Position numbers and translations under genes: made by a program. The notes below the pieces were generated by a model. The model had not been told where the DNA came from, searched no databases, and worked only from the letters and a program-made list of their open reading frames with translations. Positions 1 through 13,300 of a stretch of DNA of 60,000 nucleotides are shown here, piece after piece (position 1 is the stretch's first letter; each line of letters opens with the position of its first letter). Origin of the DNA: Lytechinus pictus (taxonomy: Eukaryota); contig NC_087251.1 of NCBI RefSeq assembly GCF_037042905.1, positions 47,060,001 to 47,120,000 on the forward strand. The letters run 5' to 3'.

Positions 1-1080
1 AATTTTACATAGGGACATAAAAGATTTGTTTAAAGATCATTTTCCAAGTCTTCCCCTCATCTTAGTTCATTCAATCGTCTTCGTCCTCTTATGTTTCCCC
101 CCTTTTTTGTGCTCCGCCAATGGGGGGGGGGCCCGGGCCCCCCTGGATCCGCCTATGGCTATGTGATATACATGTAGAATCTAGACCTATAAATTATGCT
201 TGGATAGGTTTGGTGAAGTTAGTGGTCACTTATGCCTATGGGACAGGTGCAAAAGTCCCCCAAACCCAGGTTTACCACCCCCCCTTTTTTTTTTTACTAA
301 CTTGCCTGCCCTGGAGCTGCATTAGCTTTTTATGCTTTTGTTTTCTGTGCACAGCTGATCAGAAAAAGGGACCAACATTATAATACATTCTACATTCAAG
401 AACTGCTTTTTTCTGGAGAACCATCCTGTTTTTTAAATCAACAACCAATCATATAAAAATAGTATTCTGAAAATATATCAAATCAATTAGCATTAAATGA
501 ACAACAAAGACATGAAATCGATCAGTAAAAGTCAATAAAAACATGAAAATAAATACAACATTCTAATAGTAATACACTGTCTGTCTGGCTAAAAACTAAT
601 TTTGAATTCTGTGTGATCTAATTTGCATATTATTTCTTGCCCTTTTCGTTCTAGAACTTGCCTACATTGCATTGCACACAAAAAAGCCGAAAATGAATTG
701 AATATATGCAATAATAAACGACAGATGCTTTTCTGAAGAGATAGTCCATATTCTAAGACACAAACTATGCATGTTTGTAATTTTCTTTAGCCAAAATATC
801 CGTAAATAAAGGGAGCAAATACTCACAGTTCACACACACATGTTCTTGACAGGTACCGTATTTTGACAATCAATTATTATCAGGGGAAGTAATGAAACAT
901 GGGACAATTACTATGAAATAATAAAAATAATTTTAGAATCTAAAACTATTTTAAAACTAGTATCAAAAGAAAATAAGTAGTATATTATTATCATATGGAT
1001 TACAAGGAAAAATTATTTCATACTTTTGTCATATTTCTAATGACAGTTTCAAAATTGACCCCGTTATAAATCGACTCGCC

Positions 1081-1200
1081 TTATACCACGTGACATCTAG
1101 CCAATGATGTACGAGGACCCCCTGTGAAAAGAGATGTTGTTTCAAGTCTCAGCTGTGTGTGTAAACGTATACAGCCGCTGCATACATGCACTGCATATAA
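1081..1200 (+). promoter_or_regulatory. Putative ARID4 promoter region
   Basis: E-box CACGTG (1087-1092), CCAAT (1101-1105) and TATA-like CATATAA (1194-1200) lie upstream of the candidate ATG|GT donor; CpGs are locally enriched. Confidence 0.35.
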
Positions 1201-1386
1201 TTCAACGACGATTACCGCTAGATTTTCAGATGCGGATTCTCCTGTTGATCCCGGCTGGTAAACCCTATGTAAAACATGTAATTTACCGATTTTTCAATAT
1301 TTCCTGAAGGACCAAGAAGGAGAATTTGTACCAGTAAAGATAAACACCAAGTAAATCATCTGTGAGACTTCTAGAGGAAAATAATC

Positions 1387-1389
1387 ATG
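1387..1389 (+). CDS. ARID4B: ARID4 candidate coding exon 1 (ATG only; 5'UTR upstream)
   Basis: ATCATG|GTAAAGT: a phase-0 donor directly after ATG joins exon 2 to give [12 protein letters not shown]. Confidence 0.55.
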
Positions 1390-4300
1390 GTAAAGTAGAC
1401 AACTTTGTAGGAATACATCGCATATTTCACGAAATGTTTTGCGTGTTTAGTCAATGGGCGCTGGGCTGGGCCGGGAGAGTGCAGAGTGCATGCCACTGGC
1501 ACTGCCAGTGGTGTTGACTGAGCTGAAGTGATGTGATCACTATTGCAATAATAAAATTGTTAACGTACTAATAGATCATCTATGCCGTGAGCTGAGTGAG
1601 TGTTCAAATCAACAAATGAGAATTCTAGCCTAACTAACATTTAGGTCGAGATTGCTAATCATTGTCTGATATGCTCCAATTTTTATTCTTATCATTTGCA
1701 TGAATCTTGTCTAGACTAGTAACTTGCTAATTGATCGATATCATCAAGCATGTCCATTGAAAACAAAAAAACAAGGGCATGAATGAAGGGCAAGTGAAGT
1801 GAACTTTGAAGTAAGTAAGTGTCAGCCGCTAGAGTGAGAGCAGAGGGTTGGTTGTTGGTGTTGGAGATGGGTTGGCGCTCTTCAATCTAGTATCTACAAG
1901 AGTAATGTTGTAACCGATTTTTATTGCAATTCCTGATCCGATCTGATTTTTCCCTTTTTTCTACATTTTTCCGAACTCAGATTTTTGACGAGTGGGAAAA
2001 AAAATCAGATCAGGACAACCAAAATATAACAAGACAAAAAACGTGTGGCCACATGCATTGCGGCGGAGCGCTATTCCTGTTAATGAACAAGCTCCGAGCG
2101 AAGTCCTCATGTTGGTCGTCAAAATGCGCTGATGATTTGTTTTGATCTCTGATAAACGCGGTGGAAGGAAAAGAAGATAAAGGAGAAGAAAATTATGATT
2201 TGTTTTGATCTCCGATATAAGAGGAGGAGGAGATGATGATTTGTTTTCATCTCCGATGTAAGCGGAGGAAGAAGATGATGATTTGTTTTTATCTCCGACA
2301 TAATCAGACGAAGAAGAAGAAGATGATGATTTGTTTTGAACTTAAGCGGAGGCAAATAAAATTTAGTTGAACACGCTGACATGCGCGATAATGTATTAGA
2401 CGTGTTTTAAGGAGCTAGCAATTTAGAGTTATTAGTAGCAATGATCTCTTGCTCTCCTAGAAGTAGAAGAAATATAAAAGACACATCTTCCTGAGGCCTG
2501 ACTCTATCGCAAATGCAAATAAAATTGAACACAAGTCTCCAACAGAATAATGACCGATTGGTGGAACATGTTTTTAAAAATATTCTGAATTTAGGTGTTG
2601 AATTTAGGCGATTTAAAATAGATTCCTTAGGAATGAGCTCTAGCTGCGACAAGTTTACGACTACCTTCGCAATCACCATGATGTTGTAGAGAAGGTGAAT
2701 ATAATCGTAAACAACTTCGGATAGTAGTGCGTCTATTTTGGTAGGTCATGCGTTCTCTAAGAGTTTACAACTGCCTCTGCAATCACCATGATGTAGTAGA
2801 GAAGGTGAATATCATCGGAAACAACTTCAGATTGTAGTGCGTCTATTTCCGGAAGTAATGCGACCTCTAAGAGTTTACGATTACCTCCTAAATCATAACC
2901 ATGTTGTAGAGAAGAGGACTATCGCTGATCGGCGGTAGTGTCGCGCACTGCATCATCATTATCTTCTTCTCCTTCCTCCAATTATGTCGAAGATCAAAAC
3001 AAATCATCATCTTCCTCCTCAGCTTTTGTCGGAGATCAAAACAAATTCTGTCCTCATTGTAGCTTGCAGCATTTGTCTGTGTGCCGGCCACCCACAAATT
3101 TTAATGTATTTTTTTGTTTTTGAATATCTGCCTATCCGATATCTAAACCGATTTCGAATTTAGGAGCAAAACTTCCAATGTGAACTCCGATCCCTTAATT
3201 GCTCTAACTTACAACATTAGAGCAGAGCCAGAAAGAATGGCATAAAAAGTGGAACGACAACAATGTCATCACTTTCAGAAAAGAAAAGTGAACTTGTACT
3301 TGTAGATTCCCTTACTTCAAGTTCAAGGTGCGAAGATCGGCGGAAAACTGCAGTTGGTTGAAAATGTGAAGCTTCTGAGCAGCCTTTCCAGTCGATGTTG
3401 CCGAACAAATGAACAAGGTGAATTTCAAAATATATATTTCAAGCATAGAGTATAGACACTAATGGGGTGTTGCAAGAAAGTTACGTTGCAATTGATTGCA
3501 AATCGACTGCAACTTTGCAGCCGATTCCGATCGACTGCAACTAGCAATCAATCGCCAATTTGCGTTGCAAGAAAAAGGCTTGCGATTGAACGCAAGTTGC
3601 AGCTGATCTGCAGACGATTTGCAGCTGTAAACAGGGTCTGCATCACAAGACTAGCCGAAAAAGAAAAATAATGGCTTGCAACAATCCTGTTTGTGGAAGA
3701 GAGTAAGTAGAAAATATTCATTTTTCAGACAATTCTTTCTCCATTATGTATGTTTTTAGAGAATTTATATATTTTAGACCTATGCCAGGGGAAAAAAATA
3801 TTTTGAAAAAAGTGAAAATGGGTCTTTATCGCCGGTCGAAATTTCACCTTCAACAAATTTTCTACCCTACAATTTCAATCCCAGTCCCACACTTGACTTT
3901 TTGTGTCGGTAATGCACGGTTGTATCAACAACACGGCAGGTCATTGCCGTTGCAGTGCTGATAAAAATCACCCAGAAGCAAGTAAATGTGTAGGCTCTAA
4001 TTATGTATGAAACATCGAAAATGACCTTTAAAGATTATTTTTGTTCCTATTTCAAATGATTTTTTAAGTTTTATCGGTTTCAACGGCGAATAGCCATCCA
4101 GTAAATAGAAATTAAACTAGACTTCCATATTTACAGTCTAGACTAGATCATGCTAGACATTTCCACACAAAAAAAATTCCTCTCCATTTGTCTCTCTTTT
4201 TTTCAGAGCCTGTCTAACGTTACCTCGAGCGAAGTTCGTGCAGGCCCTACTCCACTTCACTACCGCTACACTACGCTTCACCTACCCGAACTTCGAGACT

Positions 4301-7300
4301 GAACTCTATCTCATATTCCGAGTGACAAAGGTGGGATTTTATGGGGGGGGGGAATATAAAATTCATGCAACATCACGATCTTTAAAAACAATTAAAACTA
4401 ATATTCTTACTTTACACCAAATTTCACTTTTCCATGCTTCTATCAGTCTCAAAATTGGTGATTTAGAGCCAACATGACGTTCCTCACACAAATAAATAAT
4501 TCGCTGCAGTATCGCGCGTGCATGCAATGTTTTGAAATCGGCAGCGAATTATTTATACGTGTGAGGAACTTCATGTTGGCTCTAAATCACCCATTTTTAG
4601 ACTGATAGAAGCATGGAAAAGAAGTGAAACTTGGTGTAAAGTAAGAATATTAAATTTAATTGTTTTTAAAGATCGTGATGTTGCATGAATTTTATATTTT
4701 CCCTCCATAAAATATCGGAATATCAGATAGAGTTCACGGTCTCAAAGTTTGGGTAGGTGGAGCGTAGTGTAGCGGTAGTGAAGTGGAGCCTGCACGAACT
4801 TCCATTGAGGTCTACCGTTAACCTCCCTTTTTATGACTTTCCTTGGCCTGGCCTGGGATAAAGTGAAAATTTAGCTGTTTCGACTTTTGTCTATTTATTA
4901 TTATTATTTTTTTATTTTTATTTGGGGGGGGGGGGGGGGTTCTCCAGACTCTGTACGTCTCGCCAGACAAGAAAAAAAAAAAAGAGGCTACATGTATTGG
5001 GCTACTTTTCAGAATCTATTGGCCACATCTGCCTCATTCTTGGGGAAGTTTTAACATTGAATAGGATGTTGCCCGCCCAGGGCTCTTTTTTAAATTTCTT
5101 ACGGGCAGATTGCACAAGAGGTTCTTTGCAAGGACAGTCTATTTGTGTCGTTGATTTGTAATTATGTGCCGTATGAGTCACAGTTTTAATATCCATCTCA
5201 TATAAATATAAAAAGATATACATGTAAATAGATTTATTTTTTAGATTCAATATGTAGATCTACTATGCCGGGGGGGGGGGGGTACTTAGATTTGGTTTGG
5301 ACAAAGGTGTGCGGCTGAAAGTTAGAAACCCGTACCCATATTTACAGGTCATTTTGGCTAAAAAGGAAACCCATTATTAGGGATTCATTACAGGGGCGGA
5401 TCCAGGATTTCCAAAGGGGGTGGGGGGAAATTTTCGCCTGGAAAAACTTGACAAGCAAAAAAAAAAAAAAAAGGTTATCGCCCAAAATGTAAGGTCATTT
5501 TGTATTTGCACCTAAGACATTGGAGTAGAATATGGACCCATGTTTAAGGACATTATCTAAAAATTGGGCCATGCTTAGGGATTTTCCAGCATAAAACCAT
5601 ACGCCATGTTTAGGGATTTCTTCAAAAAAGGCGACCCATTCCTGCGGCATATCCCCATATGCCTTATCTCGTGAGTACCCCCCCCCCCCCCCCCGGGCTA
5701 CTATGTAGCTAACTCTTGATTTTTATGCAAGCACATGAGGTGCTATATAGATGACAGATTTTTTTTTCACTTTAAATTGTTTAATGGATGATTACAATGC
5801 TTTTCCAGGTGCTTTCAGTTAAAGGGTGTCTCATATGGTGCATCATTATTAATATTGAATGCATAATCATGATTTTTTTTTTACATCAAGCACAATACTC
5901 GGGGGGGGGGGGCATATGGTCCCCCTTGACACTTTTCAGAATAAATCTGCGACTCAAAATTTTATTACCGCACCGCTGACTGACGTTTTACTTTCAAGTC
6001 TCACACAACTTTTGATACTAAATTTGCCATTCCCAGGTACAGGGTCAGGAAATTTTGCAACATTATGTTTGTTTAAGTACATGTCAGACAAAAACATGAT
6101 TACATGTAAAAAGTCAATATTCATAACTGGGTAATTTTTTTTTTATTGACAATAGTAATTTAATGTCACTGATGAACTTTGTCTTGAAAATAACAATAAA
6201 ATTTTTTTTTTAAGAAGTTAAGAAAAAATATTTAAAAAAAAACCATGAATTGAAAGGAATTTATTTTGATACCAGAATTTTTAAAGTAAAGTTGTTAGGA
6301 TTGCTCTAGAAAGGAATATGTACACCAAAGTTTGGCATTCTATTACGAGCTTTTTTTAGTAAATTAAAGCAAAAGGTATGATTTCATAATTTTTTTTATT
6401 GCGCCGCCCATGGCTGAGGAACCAGTGCCCCTCCCCAGGCCAGAAGTGACTTTAATCAAAACACCCTTGGACTACTATAATGATTAACACACTGGCAACT
6501 GAGCTTAACTTGTATATTAATTTTATGAATATGTTTTATCTCTTTGCTTTTTGCTTTTAATTGCTTACTACAGTTATGACAAAGAAGTCTGGAACCTCAG
6601 AACCACCATAACTGTGTCTGCTACAATGTGTGTTCTTGCAACCAGCTGATTGATTCATTTGATCAACTCTTGAATGGTTGGTTACATGTAAACTGTATTA
6701 TTATTAATAATTCACCATGATCGTAATGCGGGTGGGGGTGAAATCTGTACACATTGACCCAAGGATAATGCAAAATGAAAAAGGCTAACACAAATATCTA
6801 TCTTGACTGGACTTCTCAGCAATGAAGACATCCCATTGATGGGGGGGGGGGGGAGAGGAGGGGTGGTTGTGCTCATCCAAGGTGTACTGTATGAAAGTGT
6901 GTATTTTGCTTTCATTGATTTAATTTATTGCATATTTTAATTTCCATGATTCTTTTATTTGGGGAAAAACAATCAGTTCACACTTTTTTAGATTACATCA
7001 TGGCAAATTGCCAATTACTATGGTCTCAGGAGTAAGCCACTATCCCTCTATGATATCATCATTTGGGTGCAAACAACGCCCTTACCAGCAGACATAGGGG
7101 AATTTCTGCACCGATGGATGCACAAAAATGTTTTGCTAAGGGCGTTCTTGCACTGAAAGGACAAAATTTGAACTAACCCAAGCTATGTATAGTTATGGGC
7201 TTGCATTATTTCCCATATTATTATTTTTTATGAACAGGTTGATTATCAGAACTGAATTCAGAGCTGCTCCTGTCTGTAGTAACTTCATTATAAGAGTGGA

Positions 7301-10300
7301 CTTCAGAAATGAGGGCGTTGCTTGTTTAAAAACTTCACTCCATGGAGCTCTCCAAATTCATCTCAAATTAGACTGCTTCTGGAAACCAGATTTGTTCCTT
7401 AGGGCAGAGACGCTTGTGGCTTTTCTGACTGGACTTCTATGGATTCTTCATGCCAACCTTAAGGACTGTGGTCTTCTGCATGATACACATCAATTTCAAA
7501 CAAGACATTCTGTGGTGAAACACTTGACGTAGATGATATGAAATTTTATTTCATATAACTGAATCTCAGAAGTAATTCCTCGGGAGCAAGAAACATTGAA
7601 AAATGAAAATAAAGGTCCATCAATAATGAATGTCTTGAGCAGTGTTCTTTTTTGTGCACAGATCAATGGATCTTTTCAAGTCCAAGCAGGGATGTAGTCA
7701 TTGCTGACCTCGAGGCAACATTTTGCTGGCCTTGGTCCGAGTCACTACAGAATCAATGGGAAGTTCTCTCAAGCTGCCTCATGACTCGGAAGAATCAGCC
7801 TCGACCTCATCCCTGTATGCAAGTGTGATATATATCTACGATGCAATCTCATGATTAAAGAGAGAGAAACAAGAGAGCTTCAGATTTTGAAGTGTAGCAA
7901 TCTCCTGAAATGTATGTTTTATTTGAAAATCAAACTAAAATAACTTAATTGGGCATGTTATTCATTATGATATATATGAATGAAAGCATTTAAGCAATTT
8001 AGTGCTCTTGCAAAACATATTCTGAGTTGTATTTACTGCAAACGCTCAGAAATATTGATAAGCATTTGCCAGTGCATGAAGTGTTTTAATAAAGAGTGGC
8101 TTTTGTGCCTATGGAGAGTTATTATTTCTTCAACATTTCTTCATACAAATTATTTCAGAAATCACAATTTGAATATTCCATGACCTCTGATAACAAGAAC
8201 AGAATATTTTTGGTGATTGACACACTTTAAAATGATATTAGGAGAGAATGTACTGAAATTGTATGAAAATAATGGCATAATTGCTGAAGAGGCCTATAAA
8301 GATTGAAAATAACATCATTTCAAGTTTTTCTTGAAAAAACCCCATGGAAAATTGAAAATGGCATAATTTACACAAGTTTTCAAAACAAAATACCAAAAAA
8401 AAAATTTGCAGAATTTTTTGTACACAAGCCTATGGACAATCAATTGAACGTAAATCGAACGCAAATTTTGCGCATCCTCCAAAATCTTACATAAGTTACG
8501 TTCGATTTGCAATCAATTGCAAGGCTTGCGCTTGATCTACGTTCAATTGATCAAACGCAACTTCTTCTTGCAACAGGATTGAACGTAACTTGCGTTCAAT
8601 TGCAGATTTGCGTTTAATCGGAGGACTTACGCTCAATTTTGGGAGTTGCGTTCGATTTGCGTTCAATCGCAAGTTTCTTGCAACACCCCATAAGACAGCT
8701 CAGAAAGGAGGAGGAAGAAGATGGTAATGACTAAGAGGGGAAGAAGATGTAGGTTGAAAAGATCAGAGGGTCATCATAGGTTTGCTATGATATGGTCAGG
8801 AAGATCAAGGTTTTCAGCGAAACAAATAAGATTGAGGCAATGTTCTAAAAGGCAAGGAGATGAAGAGTCTTCATCCTCAAGAACACATAGCTTGCATCTG
8901 GGATCTGTGCTTTTGCTGAGTGATGGTAACCAAACGTTGCTGAGTGTGATAGGTAGATGTGAGCAGTTGGGCTCGGAGAATTACTGCAGCACGAAGGTGT
9001 GGGGGAAGTGAAGACGGGTAAAAGAGATAATTTGTCTTGGGAAGCTTTACAAGGTTTCTCCAGAGGAAGAAGGAAGACATTTGGTTGATGCAGGGTGCTA
9101 CATAAGCACTTGCCCGGGGCAAGTAATTAATAGAGTCGGGCAAGTGGTTTGAAATAAAGACCAAAACTACTTGCTCGAATTGGGCAAGCAAAATTCTCAC
9201 AGTAGAATGACCAAAATTAGGGTCGATACAATATGATAGGATATTGACTCTAATTTTGGTCATGGCAAGCAAGATAAAATCACTTTGGAAAAAGAAATGC
9301 AATAACAACGTAGATCAGTCAAAAGAGAGAAAAGGTCAATGGTTTATAAAATCGCAAAACTTTCTTTTGAAGAGGTAAACTTTTTTTTTAAAGGATTTTT
9401 TCAGGCAAGTGAAATAGATTTTTGGGCAAGTATATTCCAACTGTTTAAAAATTTACTTGCCCGACTGGGCAAGTGGTTCTAAAAAGCTATGTAGCACCCT
9501 GGGTTGATGCAATTCCGTGCCTCAATCTGAGCATCCAGAATAGCTCTATTGCAGGTAGATTTCCAGCTAGATTATGTAAATGGCTCAGAGATGAGACAAA
9601 AAGGCAGGTTGTATTTAGAGAGCAGCTTGGTCTAGTACATGACAGTGAGAGTTTGGACAGAGACAGCATGGAGAAGTGTGCGGAACTCAAATCTGGAATG
9701 ATCTTAGATATTGAGAAGTTGGCCAATGAGGAGAAGTGTGTTGAGTTCAATCTCTCTTGAGAGATGAAGGAGATCAGTTAGGTGAAAAACTGCTATATTA
9801 GGGGCACTTTTGGGAAGACCAAGAAGCTTCTTGAAGAGAGTGTGCTGGGCAGAATCAAGTTTTTTTGAGGGATGATGCAGAGAAGCTCAGCAGTTGCATG
9901 CCATAAGCATGCGAGGAAGACAGAAGGATTTCCAGAGTTTGGTTATGGCACTGGTACATAGCTTACAGAGTGGACTGGACAGAGAAATTGATAGGAGCTT
10001 CTTAGAGTTTGGAGAACTGCTTCGCAGCCACAAATCGTAATCGTATAATCTTTGCCACATCAGCTGTATCGCTTGTGTTCAGCATAACAGCAAAGACAAT
10101 AACTGCAGCCTCTGCCTAGGTTATAGGCTAGTATGCATACAGAAGAGAGCGGTTTGAGGATGCTTTCCAGAAGTTTAGAGACACAGATGCCACAATAGTT
10201 GAATGGATCGTAAATGGGTTTCCCTATCCTTTGTGGAGTGAATTATGAGGGCATCTTTTAAGAAGGCGGAAAAATGGCTGATATTGACACAGGATTGCAA

Positions 10301-13300
10301 GAAAAGCAGGAGGAGTCTGCGAGTGATTGGGATTCTGAGATTTTCAGTGGAGATGTTGTCTATGCCAGGAGCTTTCTCGGGTTTCAGTTGATCTATTGCA
10401 TCATCAATGTCTTCTCGGGTAGGTTATCATGAGGGAGAGCTCAGGAGTGAGGGTATGCCAGGAGAATAGTCAGAAGAGGACTAAGGAGGTGTAGAACACG
10501 AAGGCTGGCAAGGGTCAGGCTGAAGCTCAGGATGGTTGGGTGAAAGATAAGACAACATGGTAAAGTACTTGTGCCAGCCTTGGATGATCTGATCACCAGA
10601 GTAGCATATCTTGTTGTATTGAAGGTAGGCAAGTTCTTGAGAAGAGGACTTGTTGGACTTCTGGATCCTGATCAGCTTGTAAAAGATGGAAGCATTGCGA
10701 GAGTGGGCCTGTTCAATGTCCCATGTTACTTTCATGTTGGAAGCAGCCGTGGATTGCCTCAACACTTGATGGAACTCTTTTTTAGATACAAGATACTGAG
10801 ATCTGAGGCTGTTGTCCTTTCCTTGAGGTTTTTCCAGCAGATTTCCATGCTCTCCAGGTAAACAACAAGGAGCGATATGCTTTGTTCACTTTATCAGACC
10901 ATTCCCATTTACCCCTTTTCTTAATGGATAGAGATTTGTTGGGCGATTGTAGTGAGAGAAAAAGCATGTTTTCTATGAAGATGGTAAAGATTGAATCGAT
11001 GTCTTGGGGAAAGAGCTGAAGGGAATCTAGCTTTGAGAAGATATGAGAGCATACATCATCAAGGGGAGATGTGTACAGTTCATGAGTGACAGCTGGGTCA
11101 GAAGTCTAGAGGACGTTGAAGTTGGCCACGGCTTTGCCTTTTAACTTGAACTGGCGTTTGTGAGTGACTGATTGGCGACCAGTAATGTATTCGAACGTGC
11201 ATAATTATGCACCAGAAAATCATTCTGTTATTGTAGAGGCTATGCTAAGAAAATAACAAACATGAATTTTCTGCCTCCGTTCAGTACAATCGTAATCTCC
11301 TACTACTAGACCAAGATCTACACAAAAACAGAAGCTAGTGTAGAACTAATGTTAAATTAGAAGACTATAGCCTCTGATTGGTTCATGAGTCTACAGTTTT
11401 ATTGCGATGAGAACCACTTCAAGTAAGCTGGCTAGTAGTAGATCTAGCTGAATATGCTTAAATTTCTGTCTTCGTTAAGGAGTGATATCGCAATTGAAAT
11501 GAACAGAATGGGGACAGAAAATCTTGGTTTATGCTCAGAGCTACAATGCAAGCTTGCAACATTGTAACATAAAGAGAATTTCAAAAGTAACCCCCTAGAA
11601 TTTTTTGTACCGTAAACTATTTTGTTTTTACCAAATAAAAAAAAATAAAAAAAAGAATTGTAAAAATAGCTGATTGGTGATTTTGTAAATTATCAAAATT
11701 TTGAAACAACCAAAATATTTCACATGAAATGACAAAGAGGGGTGCTATTCAAGAGCTATTACAAAAAAAAATAAATTTGATCTCAGCAAAGTTTTTTATA
11801 TCATTATTTTATGTAGGAACTTCAATGTATTTATCAGGACTTTCTCTGATACAGGGAAAAGCTGACCTGTGGATCTGTCGTCAAACAGTTTTATCAAATA
11901 TTGCTTTTGTTGTCTTACTACAGCCAAAATAACAATATTTAAAAAAGGCATAAGCGATGTTGTGTCTCGCCAACTTGTGAAAGTAACCAGAAATATCGTG
12001 ATTTGCGAGGGAACGAAACAGAATTGTATCAAAAGTTCATTGTAAAAAAACTGGGATGGAATAACATTTGTGATAAGAGTCCTGCACGTAAACTTTAATG
12101 TTGACCTCAAAATGACCTTTGACCTTATCATGTGACCTCTGAACACAATAATATGCAGGTCTCCTAAGTACATTTCCAACCCAAGATTGGTTCACAAGTG
12201 ACTTACGGTTGCGGAGTTATTTCATAACTGGGTCATTCCATGGGGTTGGGGCAAAAATTGTGACATCAGGGTCAAAAAATAGAAATGTAATAAATGAAAA
12301 GTTTTTTTTCTTATATGTTTCATGGGACAATTCTTCAACTAAATCCACTTACAGGCATTTCATACCACCCTGCATATTTGAGTAAATTGCGAAACAAGAT
12401 TTGACAAAATACCACCGTTACATGGACATCATTTATCATCCTTACTTAGATTATACTCTCCCACTGTCAAAATAAAAGGGTTGATCTCAATTCCTCTTAA
12501 TAAATATTTTGCTAACAACATTTTTAGTCACTTTATTCCACATTTTCCAACATGGCATATATATTTTGAAAGATTTAGCATCAATAAATGGAACTTGATG
12601 CTCTGTGTGTATACCAGTGCCATGTTCTGTGTCGTTCTTTTTTCTCACCAGTCAAGAAAATTCAATTTATGATGGCATGTAGAACTAAATAGTTGACAGA
12701 AGTCATGCCTCAACAGAATGGAATATTCTTTTTGGAAAAACTCAACTAATCTTTCTGGCCTAACCTTCTATTTTTGGTGTTACCACCGTTACATGGACAT
12801 CATGTCTCTGTAACAGAGGTATAATTTGAAGCATTGTAAGTTAAGGTCCATTAATGGTCATCACATACCAAATTACACTTTCTGCCTTAAATTATTTGCA
12901 CAAGATCAATTGATTATATTAGAAAAAAAACATTTTGCATGTCAAATTCTTTGCAAATAAAAGAAATTTAAATTAGAGTTTAAACAAAGAAAAGTGTACA
13001 AAATTATTGACAAATTATGTGTCGTTCTTTTTTCTCACCAGTCAAGAAAATTCAATTTATGATGGCATGTAGAACTAAATAGTTGACAGAAGTCATGCCT
13101 CAACAGAATGGAATATTCTCTTTAGAAAAACTCAACTACTCTCTCTGGCCTAACCTTCTATTTTTGTTTGGTGTTACCACCGTTACATGGACATCATGTC
13201 TCTGTAACAGAGGTATAATTTGAAGCATTGTAAGTTAAGATCCATTAATGGTCATTACAAACAAAATTACCCTTTCTGCCTTAGAATATTTGCACAAGTT

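Larger units (their letters stand above)
3463..8690. mobile_element. PIF/Harbinger-like DNA transposon (5.2 kb including nested inserts; no intact transposase seen)
   Basis: 17-bp TIR TGGGGTGTTGCAAGAAA / TTTCTTGCAACACCCCA with TAA on both sides (3460-3462, 8691-8693); subterminal TTGCA/TTGCG-rich repeats at both ends. Confidence 0.75.

Noticed and set aside
3895..3985. THAP-like start ([10 protein letters not shown]...) inside the Harbinger-like element
   Set aside because: Lacks the first Cys and the downstream THAP signature; too short to support.
7185..7532. 115-aa ORF as a transposase or host gene
   Set aside because: No recognisable motif; lies inside a decayed transposon.
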